NCBI GenBank assembly: GCA_000934665.2
Contig: JYFJ02001669.1
Location: forward strand, 60,184 to 80,183
Length of the DNA: 20,000 nucleotides
Source of the DNA: Catajapyx aquilonaris
Taxonomy: Eukaryota
Direction of reading: 5' to 3'
Position 1 is the first letter of the stretch, and every line of letters starts with the position of its first letter. This document shows, piece by piece, positions 1 through 10,813 of the stretch. The notes below the pieces were generated by a model that was not told the DNA's origin, made no database searches, and saw nothing but the letters and a program-made list of their open reading frames with translations. The position numbers and the translations under genes were made by a program.

Positions 1-257
1 GAATAGAAATTAAAGCAATATGCTGTAATGATTGAAAATGATTAATGTGCGGCCAGTTTATTTTTTTATTTCACAGCCCCTTGGTAGGGCAGTGGCACAG
101 TTCCCTTTTTGTGGGACACAAGACTCTAGTTTGTACATGAACAATCAAGTGGGCACTTCATCAAGGCAAATGAATTAACGATAGTGCAGTTCAAAATGGA
201 TCATATAACATGCCTGGCGTAAATGAGAATTTTTAAACTGATGGCGGATGTAACTAG
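1..257 (+). repeat. 3' flank module of an F-box/LRR paralog lying upstream of the window
   Basis: Aligns by eye with the 3' flanks of gene A (~4799-5014) and of the fragment at ~13296-13547 (gaaattaaagcaat...tttcacagcccctt...gtaactag); homology ends after CTAG at 257. Confidence 0.85.
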
Positions 258-472
258 TATCTGGGCATCCGGGGAATTTAGTACCTAATATTACGATTAT
301 CCCTAGACGCAGGAATAGACGGAAGAACATAGGTCAAATCAGTTTAATTAGCAAATGCAAGTTTATTAACAGTGCACGAAATTTACAATTATGTCTCTAA
401 GTGTGTTGTTTAGGTACAGTCTTACTCTGCGCTGTTTTAAGGATGGGCAGCTTCCATCTGAGTAAGTCCTGG

Positions 473-789
473 CAGGGGCGGCTCCAGGGCCGGGCAATCC
501 GGGCAACCGCCCAGGGCCCCGCGACTAGCGGGGCCCCGTGCCCGCCATAACCGACTCGCAAAAACCCTCTAGAACAGTGCAATTTTGCGTTCGTGACTCC
601 AAATTTGGGGTCATGAGGAAGGGTTGTGACCTTGAACCGGAAAAAAATTTCGCCTGCGGCGGGCCATGTGAACAGCCCTCCCACACAACCTATACCCTTG
701 CCCCCCCCGCCCGAGAAAAAATCCGGGAACCGCCACTGACGACCCCTCTCCAAAACATTAGGGCCCCGCAAAGTCTAGGGCCGCCACTG
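473..789. mobile_element. Non-autonomous hAT-type DNA transposon (MITE), 317 bp
   Basis: Exact 8-bp direct repeat AGTCCTGG at 465-472 and 790-797. Imperfect terminal inverted repeats: CAGGGGCGGCTCCAG on the left and CAGTGGCGGCCCTAG as reverse complement of the right end. An 8-bp TSD with CAG-start TIRs is typical of hAT. Confidence 0.8.
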
Positions 790-1789
790 AGTCCTGGTCC
801 GGGGTGAGTGTTCATCCTGCTGTTGTGGATGGTCAGGATGACCTCGGCTGGCCTCCTTCCTTCTGCCCCAGTCCAATCCTTTTCCTCAGGTTGTCCAGAA
901 CGTCCTTTTTGGCCATCATCTTCCAGTTGCACGTCACTTTTTCTCACAATCCACACAATTTGGAGGGATCACAAAACACCACTCCACTCACGCCTACTAC
1001 CACAGTTCGAGTTAGTTGCTTCACATTGATTTGAAAAGTTAGAGTCCGGATCGTCATGCTCAAAACTGCTGAAATCACCAAAAAGACCCCTTCTCGGAAG
1101 AGTCCACCACTCCTTCTCCCCCCATTCTGGTTGAGAACGGTATGTCCCGGAGGGGGAAGAAGGAAACGGTGTCGAATTTGAAGCGAGACTAATCTGCAGA
1201 CGTTGAAAAGTAAAGTTGTCGGCTCTAGCGTGAAGCAACCATGCTCAAGGCTATTACTAACCCTGTTAAAATATACTACAATGAAACACACTCATATTCG
1301 TAGTCGTCACATGTACAAACTGACCACTTATTCCACAATTTCCATTATGCGTTTTCCCAAAAATAGCTGACACTACATACGTGTCGCAATGCCTCTCAAC
1401 AATGCACAAGCTCTCAGTATTTATAAAATGTGCAGAGCGCGAAAAGCAAAGTCTCTTATTTCTTCCTTTGCTGAATGGCTGCTGACTGGTTGCAGTTCAA
1501 AAAAAAACTCCACGTGAGCCTTCCTTCCCAATATTACCAGCTCACTCAGGAAGAAAAATATATATAATATATTTCCGCTCTTTTAAGCAAAAGCAAAAGT
1601 TCCAACCCAAATGTCACACCCTGACACTAGTTTGTTGTGAAGCAAAGCTCATTGCCGTTTATGGGTCTGAAATGTGTAAGAGCGGTTTGAGTTTTTACCA
1701 GATTGTTGAATGCAAAGAATGCGATGACATATAATATTGCCAATCATAAATACTGTATTAATTTTGTGTTGTTTTTATTACATTGGAGG

Positions 1790-2050
1790 TAGGCCGACAC
1801 GGCGGCGGAGTGGTTAGCGCCGCAGCCTTCCACCTCCAAGGTCCCGAGTTTAATCCCCGGGTCGGACGGAGGATACTTATGTGGATAGAGTTTCGATGGG
1901 TTCTCTCCGTGTTCGCGTGGGTTTTCTCGGGGTTCTCCCGTTTCCTCCCACTATCAAAATCCATCACAGCATAGGCAAATGATTAAAGGCGGTCTATTAA
2001 AAGATGATCCCCTAAGAGGCCCAAGGGGGCCTATCACGGGGTATCAATTA
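1790..2050 (+). mobile_element. tRNA-derived SINE with V-SINE-like core
   Basis: 15-bp TSD TTATTACATTGGAGG at 1775-1789 and 2051-2065. Pol III A-box-like GGCGGAGTGGTTAGCG and B-box-like GAGTTTAATCCC. Central TTCTCTCCGTGTTCGCGTGGGTTTTCTCGGGGTTCTCCCGTTTCCTCCCAC resembles the V-domain of HE1/DANA-type SINEs. 3' stem-loop at 2006-2045 and short (TTA) tail. Confidence 0.88.
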
Positions 2051-2472
2051 TTATTACATTGGAGGAATAAAATTCCCCTTGTACAGGAGAGGTAGAATTT
2101 AAAACTAAACAATATTATTATTATATGATTCATTAAAATCCTCGACCGATATAATTTCATCGTGACAGTAAGTAGGCCTACTCTATATTTTGCAATAAAA
2201 ACTATTTAATCAAACGTAATTATTCTAATTTTAAAATTCCATGGTAGTTTTTTTTTATAGATAATTTTAATGCTGTCGTTGGGTTTGTGTGAACCCTCAG
2301 GTCCATATTCCACTTCCGTAATGACTGAGACTGCTCCTTTGTAACTCACATCGTGCTTACTAATATTAACCTAGTGTCCCGACCGTCAGACGCCCTGTAG
2401 GAGCTCTAATTAGTGCCAGAAATTATTAAATTATCGCATAATAATTTCCTGGATAATAATCTCAAAGAGTCG

Positions 2473-2760
2473 GCCGCCATCTTGGGTGCGTTCCGACCGT
2501 CGCTTCTGCTCATATTCGGACGCAACCAGAGGACACGTCACTCTAAATCCGGACGCACCCCACATTTCTGTCTATTGTACTTCTAATTGTACTAATAAGC
2601 ATTTGTTAATTTACGTAACGTACCATATGCAATTAGTATCATGAAGCGTGTGCGATTGCACTGTTTGTCGGGTTTAACCGGCTCCTTTGGTTCGAATCGG
2701 GGGGAAAATATGCTAAGGAAATATGGCAACAGGTGGTTGATCAAATCCAAGATGGCCGCC
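2473..2760 (+). promoter_or_regulatory. Putative promoter of gene A with two oppositely oriented YY1-type motifs
   Basis: GCCGCCATCTTG (2473-2484) and CAAGATGGCCGCC (2748-2760) match the YY1 consensus CAAGATGGCGGC. The region is CpG-rich, lies 180-470 bp upstream of the ATG and is conserved before gene B. Confidence 0.5.
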
Positions 2761-2939
2761 GACAATGGAACGCTTCGAATATTGTTTCCCATTATTTTGT
2801 TGAGCTTCGGGTTGATTGTTGCGACGCGTTAGACGCCTTCCGATTGTTGGAGGGGGTTCCCGCAGGATTGGAGAGGGTCCAGAGCAGGATTGGGGAAGGA
2901 AGGAAGGAAGGACACTGGGAAGGCAGGGTGGTCGACACC

Positions 2940-4357
2940 ATGAGGGAAGGTGAAGAGAACACTGTGGATGAGACAATGGCCACGAAGAGAAGGAGGGTGC
3001 ACAAGGGCAGCGGGGTGGAGGAAGAAGAGGAGAAGCCACGGGGAAAGGTATAAAATAAAAATTGTCCCTGCAATCTGTACGGCTTTGGAGTGACCGCACT
3101 ACTACTGTGCAACCTGTGGCCCTGCCAGGCACGGTACAATCACATTGCGTGATGATTTCAATCCAATTTCTTTGCAATTGCAGGCTAGCAGCAGGACGTT
3201 TTCCAGCCTGCCTGATGAGATGAAGGCAAAGGTGTTCTCGTACCTGGACAAGAAATCCCTCTACAGGAGCACTCTGGTGTGCAAATATTGGTTCAAGGTG
3301 GCCAAGGATTGGCTGGGTCTTAGGAAGAAAGTAATTTTGAGCCCGATGCGATTGACTCTGGAGGAATCAGTGCAGGTGATCATAGACAACAGTACCCATC
3401 TGATGTCGGTTACTCTGATGCACTGGAATGACGAGGATGGTGATTTGCTGCTGAAAGTAGTGGGCGGGAATCTTCCTCACCTGAAGCGTCTCATTGTGTC
3501 TAATATGTTGGTGCCACAGAAGACACTGGAACTGATTTCACGAGAGTAAGTAAAGGAGGGTCGATATGGTTCGTTGAGTGTGATTCATCGTCAGTTCATT
3601 GCTTTTATTTTTACGACCCAGGTTCAGCAAACTGAAGGACATATCCCTTAGAAGGTTTAAGAAGAACGAGAATTACTTGAGGCATCCCCTGGACATTTTG
3701 AGTGTCTGCCGAGAGCTAGAAAAGATAACAATAGATGGCCGATGTTACCCTCCAAACAAGGCCACCGGGGAAGACTGGCCAAAACTGACTGATGTATCAC
3801 TTCTCATGGGCTTTGCTGACAGGGAAGTAGAAATACTTGCCCCCAGCTTGGGGGGACAGCTGACGAAACTGACCATTGAATTCATCATTAATCTGGAGTC
3901 CTTCCTTCTCCTCGCACACTTCCCTCAGCTGGAGGAGCTGGAGATCCAAGACTGCCTCCACTTAACTGATGCTGGCCTGGAAGACGGGATTGGGAAACTG
4001 CGCAACCTGCGTAGCTTGAACCTGGTAAAGCTCTACTCCTGCACTGCACAGGCTTTAGAAAGGTTTTTCTCCAATCCGAACATTGTGGGTAGCCTGGAGA
4101 AGCTCAGCATTTTTGGTTGCTCAAAGCTGAACCAGCGATCCTTATCAGCCATTGCCATGAACTGCCCTCTCCTGAGTCATTTCTGCTTGAAGGAAACCAA
4201 CCAGGTCACCAATGCCCCACTCCTAGACCTGGTGAGGAGGTGCCGCAATCTCCAGTACCTCCGACTCATCGGGTGCAGAAAGCTGGACCTGAGTGCAGAG
4301 GCCCTGGGTCAGTTCCAGGCGGTGAGCAGCAAGCTTCAAATTTGTGCATCTCCGTGA
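2940..4357 (+). CDS. F-box/LRR-repeat protein, copy A (exons 2940-3047, 3184-3545, 3622-4357; 401 aa)
   Basis: F-box motif FSSLPDEMKAKVFSYLDKKSLYRSTLVCKYW and AMN1/FBXL-type Cys-containing LRRs (LEELEIQDCLHLTDAGL, LEKLSIFGCSKL, LQYLRLIGCRKL). Introns 3048-3183 (AAG|gtataa...ttgcag|GCT, phase 0) and 3546-3621 (GA|gtaagt...cccag|G, phase 2) join the ORFs in frame. The start codon and first donor are less certain. Confidence 0.9.
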
Positions 4358-5172
4358 TTCCACCTGGGTGACGCGTCACTCACAGAACAACGTCTCATCC
4401 TAAGAATTCCATGTTGCACATGAACAAACAAAAAGAGTACAGCCCTTACGGCGTATGTAATGAGTTTGAAGTGAAACTCATTATCTGTAGGAATTTGAAA
4501 TGTATAAGGATGGTTGAGTTGTTACGAGATAATCTTAAGGTTAACAGTTGTCACTAATCTACTTTTTGAAACAACCAGTATTATTAATGGCCAGTATTAA
4601 TTTCTTATGTTGTACTTTCCCAACATACTCTTTGTCACTTTTGTTCAACTTGTGATTGCAATACTCTGCATGATTGCAGTGCCTTATTTAATTGACAATC
4701 ACTGCCATACGGTGTGGTGTCTGAATCCACATGTTGAATGGTCAGGGATAGTTTGTACACGGAATGGCCGTTTGGCTGTATTGAAAATGTATGCCTTGAA
4801 TTGCAATTAAAGCAATGTGTGGTAATGATTGAAAATGATTAATATGCGGACAGTTCCCTTTTATTCTTTATTTCACAGCCCCTTGCTAGGTCAGTGCCCT
4901 TTTCGGGGGACAATAGACTCCAGTTTGTACATGATCAGCAGGGGGCAGATCAAAATGTATAGTAACATGCCTGGTGTGAAAGGGAATTTTTAAACTGATG
5001 GCGGACGTAACTAGATATGTACGCCACAGTATTGACATACCATGTAATGAATTGAAATTAAACTGACACAGCAGCACCACGTAATGAGCATGCCCAGCAC
5101 AGTAACCTGCCTATGAAAACCCGAAGAACATGAGTCCACAATCTTGTGCAAATCAGGGCCAGATTATCTCAA

Positions 5173-5420
5173 GCCTCTGAGGTGCAGGCCAAGATGCCGG
5201 GACAATCAGCGGCCCATTCCATGCTTCGTGACGAGAAGAAGTCTCTTGTGACTCGTGCAGCCTGGAAGAAGGGAGTCAGCAACCAACATTGTCCAGTAGA
5301 AGCAACGGTGAGTGTGGGATGATATTAAGCTAATTAACCTCAGTAACTGGGCCGCAGAGACTCACAATTCCTGTGCCTTGGTCACATCCTAAGAATTCCA
5401 TGTTGCGCATGAACCAAACA
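5173..5420 (+). pseudogene. Remnant of a deleted paralog: orphan copy of the optional exon plus intron, fused to a gene 3' end
   Basis: 5173-5307 is homologous to the gene C exon 9354-9506, including the gtgagt donor at 5308. 5308-5376 matches the following intron, then the sequence jumps to cacatcctaagaattccatgttgc (stop/3'UTR start). Confidence 0.8.
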
Positions 5421-5765
5421 AAAAAGGACAAAAAAGGTGGAGGGTAATTCCACTTAGGAAGAATCATTATCCAAAGATGAATATTTTGCAATAAAAACTA
5501 TTTAATCAAGCGTAATTATTCTAATTTTACAATTCCATGGTAGTTTTTTTTTTTGTAATTAATTTTAATGCTGTCTTCAGTGTGTGGTACCTCAGGTTCA
5601 TATATATTCCACTTCCCTAGACTGCACATTTGTAACTCACATTATGCTTACCGTATATTAACCTAGTGTCCCGACCGTCAGACGCCCTGTAGGAGCTCTA
5701 ATTAGTGCCAGAAATTATTAAATTATCGCAATAATAATTTCCTGGATAATAATCTCAAAGAGTCG

Positions 5766-6039
5766 GCCGCCATCTTGGGTGCGTTCCGACCGTCGCTTAT
5801 TCTCATATTCGGACGCAACCAGATGTTACGTCACTCTAAATCCGGACGCAACCGACATTTCTGTCAATTGTACTTCTAATTGTACTAATAGGCACGTGTT
5901 AATTTACGTAATGTACCAACTGCAATTGTATTATGAAGCGTGTGCGATTGCACTGTTTGTCGGGTTTAACCGGCTCCTTTGGTTCCAATCGAGAGGGAAA
6001 TATGGCAACAGGTGGTTGAGCAAATCCAAGATGGCCGCC
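5766..6039 (+). promoter_or_regulatory. Putative promoter of gene B with two YY1-type motifs
   Basis: GCCGCCATCTTG at 5766-5777 and CAAGATGGCCGCC at 6027-6039, the same arrangement as before gene A. Confidence 0.5.
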
Positions 6040-6231
6040 GACAATGGAACGATTCGAATTTATGCTGTTTACATAATTCCCTTTGCTGACCTTCGGGTGA
6101 TTGTTGCGACGCTTCAGCCGCCTCCCGATCGTAGGGGAGGGTCGCAGGGGCCTCTGGAGATACATCCGGAGCAGGATTGGGAAGGGACGGAGGAGGAAGG
6201 AAGGACACTGGGAAGCAGGGTGGTCGAGGCC

Positions 6232-7693
6232 ATGAGGGAAGGTGAAGAGAACACTGTGGATGAGACAATGGCCACGAAGAGAAGGAGGGTGCACAAGGGC
6301 AGCGGGGTGGACGAAGAAGAGGAGAAGCCACGGAGAGAGGTTAAAAAAATAAAATAAATATTGTCGGTGCAATCTGTACGGCTTTGGAGTAACCGCACCA
6401 GTACTGTGCAACATGTGGCCCTGCCAGGCACGGTACAATCACATCGCGTGATGACTTAAATTTCTTTGCAATTGCAGGCCGGCGACAAGACCTTTTCCGA
6501 CCTGCCCGACGAGATGAAGGCAAAGGTGTTCTCGTACCTGGAGGAGGAATACCTCCGTAGAAGCATCACGCTGGTGTGCAAGGATTGGTTAAAGGTGGCT
6601 AAGGATTGGCTGGGTCTTAGGAAGAAAGTAATTTTGAAGCGGCAGCGATTGACTCTGGAGGAATCAGTGCTTGTGATCATGAACAACAAGACACACCTGC
6701 GATCGGTTACGCTAATGAACTGGAATGGAGAGGATGGTGATACTCTGCTGAAAGTAGTGGCCGAGAGTCTTCCTCACCTGAAGCGTCTCAGTGTTTCTAA
6801 TACGCTGGTGCCACAGAAGACGCTGGAACTGGTTGCACGAGAGTAAGTACAGGAGGGTCAATAAGGAGCGTTGAGTGCGATTCATCGTCAGTTCATTGCT
6901 TTTATTTTTACGCCACAGATGCAGCAAACTGCAGGACATATCCCTAAAAAGTTTCAACTGTACTGAGGATTACTGGAGGCATCCCCTGGACATTTTGAGT
7001 GTCTGCCGAGAGCTAGAAAAGATAACAATAGGTGGCCGATGTTTCCCGCCAAACAAGGCCACCGGGGAAGACTGGCCAAAACTGACTGACGTATCGCTTC
7101 TCATGGACTTTGCTGACAGGGAAGTAGAAATGCTTGCCCGCAGCTTGGGGGGACAGCTGAGGAAACTGACCATTGAATTCGTCCTTAATCTGGAGTGCTT
7201 CCTTCTCCTCGCACACTTCCCCCAGCTGGAGGAGCTGGAGATCCGATCCTGTGGCTTCCTAACCAATGTTGGCCTGGAAGACGGGATTGGGAAACTGCGC
7301 AACCTGCGTAGCTTGACCCTGGTAAAGCTCTACTCCTGCACTGCACAGGCTTTAGAAAGGTTTTTCTCCAATCCGACCATTGTGGGTAGCCTGGAGAAGC
7401 TCAGCATAGCTTATTGCTCAACTCTGCACACCCGTTGCATCTCAGCCATTGCCATGAACTGTCCTCTCCTGACTCATTTCTGCTTGTGGAGAACCGGCGG
7501 GGTCACCAATGACCCGCTCCTTGACCTGGTGAGGAGGTGCCGCAATCTCCAGTACCTCCGACTCATCGGGTGCAGGAAGCTGGACCTGAGCGCAGAGGCC
7601 CTGGGTCAGTTCCAGGCGGCCAACAGCAAGCTTCAAATTTATGCATCAACGTCATTCCACCAGGGTAGCGCATCACTCGACGTCACATCCTAA
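6232..7693 (+). CDS. F-box/LRR-repeat protein, copy B (exons 6232-6339, 6478-6842, 6919-7693; 415 aa)
   Basis: F-box FSDLPDEMKAKVFSYLEEEYLRRSITLVCKDW followed by LRRs. Introns 6340-6477 (GAG|gttaaa...ttgcag|GCC) and 6843-6918 (GA|gtaagt...cacag|A) are at the same positions and phases as in A; the spliced frame has no stops. Confidence 0.9.
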
Positions 7694-9078
7694 GAATTCC
7701 ATGTCGCACATGAACAAACAAAAAAAAGTACAGCCCTTATGGTGGATGTAATGAGTTTGAAGTGAAACTCATGATCTGTAAGAATTTGAAATGTGTAAGG
7801 ATGGTTGAGTTTTTACGAGATAATCTTGAAGATAAAAGTTGTCCCTAATCTACTTTTTGAAACAATCAGTATTCATGGCCATTATTAATTTCTTATGATG
7901 TACTGTACTTTCCCAACATACTGTTTGTCACTTTGTTCAACTTGTGCTTGCAGTACTTTGCAGGATTCCAGTGCCTTATTTAATTGACAATCACTGCGAT
8001 AAGTCTGATTCCACATGTCGAAAGACCAGCGATAGTTTGAACACTGAATGGGCATTTGGCTGTATTGAAAATGTACGCCTGGGATTGAAATTAAAGCAAT
8101 GTGCGGTAATGATTGAGAATGATTAATGTGCGGCCAGTTCCCTTTTATTTATTCATTCATTTATTTCACAGCCCCTTGCCATAGCTCAGTGCCCTTTTTG
8201 GGGGACACGAGACTCCAGTTTGTACATGAACAATCAAGTGCGAGCTTCATCAGGGTAAGTGATGGCGTGAAAGTTTTAATCGCCAGTATGTTGTACTCTC
8301 CCAAAATACCGCTTGTCGTTGCGTAGAAGTGGTTGCGGTCCCTTATTTCCTGACTATTGTTGCAGGAAGTATCTGAATCCAAATGTTGAAGGTTCAACAG
8401 TGGATGCAAATCGACTGGATTATTGACATACACCATGTAATGAATGGATAATTTAAGCTGAAACAGCAGCATCATGTAATGAGCATGCCCGGCACAGTAA
8501 CTTGCCTATGAAAACACGAAGAACATTATCCCCAAAATCTTGTTGCAAATTGGGGGCCAGATTATCGCAATTAATTTTTTCCTTAATCAACATCAGACGC
8601 CATCTTGGGTGCGTTCCGACCGCCGCATCCGGTCCGTTCCTTTCCGATCATATTCGGACACAACCGAAAGGCGCGTCATTTCAAATCCGGACGCGGCCCA
8701 TTATTTTGATAATGAAGTCAAGTAATGAGCAGCCATTTAATTTATTCAATGCACAAAACTGCAGTTGAATAAAATATGTTGTATGATTGCTCTATTTGTC
8801 GGGTTTAACTTTATCCGGTTACAGGTCAATGGGGTGAAATCTGGCAACAATGCCAAGCTCGAAAAACCGTTCGAATTTCGTTTGGAACTTTTGATTATTA
8901 TTCTTTCGGGTCTCGGTTGATTGTTGGCCAGCCGCAGATCGGTTGGGGCTTGATTGTTGTTGGGAGGACAGAAGGTCGATCCGGACCCACAGGAGAGGGT
9001 GGGATTGGAAAGGGACGCAGGGGAACAACTAGGGGGAAGAAGGTGGGAGGAAGGGAAGGGTTCTGGATAGGAAGCAGG

Positions 9079-10813
9079 ATGATGGAGACTAGGAGGATGG
9101 CCAGGGAGGCTGAGGAGAACACTGTGGAGACAAGGGCCATCAAGAGAGAGAGGAAGGACATGCTCAGGGGGGTGGAGGAAGAGGAGCAATGGGGAGAGGT
9201 GAAATTAAATGGAAATTTCTATTGGTGTCATCTGCATGGCTTTGGGGTGACCGCACCAGTCCTGACCATCAGCCAATCATTTCGCATGGTACTGTCACAT
9301 GAATTTTCACATGGCCCCATGATTCAATGTGCGACAATCTGATTTTGTTTCAGATTGCAGGTGGGTTGGGTGCCTCTGAGGTGCAGGCCAATACGGTGGG
9401 ACAATCAGCGGCCGATTCCATGATTCATGACAAGGAGGAGTCTCATGTGACTTGTGCAGCCAAGACTATGGGAGGCAACAACCAACATTGTCCAGTAGAA
9501 GCGAAGGTGAGTGCGGGATGACATGAAGCTAATTACCTCGGTGACTGGGCCGCAGAGACTCACAATACCTGTACTTTAAAAGAATATTACTTGTTTACAT
9601 ACGCAATTTCTGGACAATTGCAGGCTAGCGGCAAGACCTTTTCCAGCCTGCCCGACGAGATGAAGGCTAAGGTGTTTTCGTACCTGGAGGAGAAGACCCT
9701 CCGTACGAGTGTTGTACTGGTGTGCAAGGATTGGTGCAGGGTGTCCAGGGAGTGGCTGGGTCTCAGGAAGAGGATGGTCTTGAACGGTCAGCATTTGACT
9801 CTGGAAGAATCGGTGCAGATGATCACGATCAACATGATCCATCTGGAGTCACTTACTGTGATGGACTGGAATAGAGTGAATGCTGATTCCCTGCTGCAAG
9901 TAGTAGCTGAGAATCTTCCTCACCTGAAGTGCCTCATTATTTATGATACCTTGGTGTCAGAGAATATGCTGGAACTGATTGCACGAGAGTAAGTAACCGG
10001 CGTATTTTTGGTGAACGCGTAGTGCATGAAGCGTCATTGATCATCAGTTCATAATTTTAATTTTCACGACACAGGTGCAGCCAACTGCAGCGCATCGACC
10101 TAGATTATTTCGATTGGAATAAGAAGTACTCGAAGCATCCCCTGGACATTATGAGTTCCTGCCACGAACTAGCAACAATAACCATATGTGATGTGAAGTT
10201 ACCTCCACTGTCGAACCAGGTCACTTGGAGTAACTGGCCGAAACTCACAGAACTGTCACTTCGCCCATTCAAGGGCGACAGGGAAGTGGAACCGTTGGCC
10301 CGCATTCTGGGAGGCCAGCTGAGGAAACTCACAATTAGTTTAATCCGTAAGCTGGAGTCCTTCCTTCTACTGGCACACTTCCCGCAGCTGGAGGAGCTGG
10401 GAATCATATGTTGTTTTTTCTTGACCGATGCTGGCCTGAATGATGGGATCGGGAGACTGCGGAACCTCCGCAGCTTGAGCCTGCGATACGCCACCGGCTG
10501 CACTGCACAAGGTTTGCAGATGTTTTTCTCCAACCCAAACGTGGTCGGCAGCCTTGAGAAACTCAGCCTTTTTAATTGCCCAACTCTGGATGACAATTGC
10601 ATATCAGCCATTGCTGCAAACTGCCCTCGTCTGACTCATTTCCACTTGATGAGTACCGATGAGGTCACCAACGCCCCGCTCCTTGACCTGGTGAGGCGAT
10701 GCGGCAACCTCCAGAACCTCCAACTCTTCTGTTGCAGCAAGCTGGACCTGAGCCCAGAGGCCCTTGGTCAGTTCCGGGCGGCCAGCAGCAAGCTTCACAT
10801 TCATGCAGTTTAA
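9079..10813 (+). CDS. F-box/LRR-repeat protein, copy C (exons 9079-9198, 9354-9506, 9624-9988, 10075-10813; 458 aa)
   Basis: F-box FSSLPDEMKAKVFSYLEEKTLRTSVVLVCKDW followed by LRRs. GT-AG introns 9199-9353, 9507-9623 and 9989-10074 (phases 0, 0, 2) give one open frame. The extra 153-nt exon is bounded by tttcag| and AAG|gtgagt. Confidence 0.88.

Noticed and set aside
225..258. Helitron 3' terminus at gtaaCTAG explaining the array
   Set aside because: No convincing GC-rich hairpin precedes the CTAG, only one of three copies is followed by T, and no 5' TC terminus or Rep/helicase was seen.
1790..1870. tRNA gene
   Set aside because: A/B boxes are present, but the sequence continues into a SINE core and tail and is bounded by a 15-bp TSD; it is a SINE head.
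2592..3177. Minus-strand Pro/Ser-rich ORFs (also 5899-6438, 6970-7302, 8746-9189, 10105-10611 and similar)
   Set aside because: Antisense shadows of the purine-rich exon 1 and of the LRR exons; their recurrence is explained by the duplication.
5779..6231. Long N-terminal extension of gene B (192-aa ORF)
   Set aside because: The homologous region before gene A has stops and frame changes, so it is more likely promoter/5'UTR.
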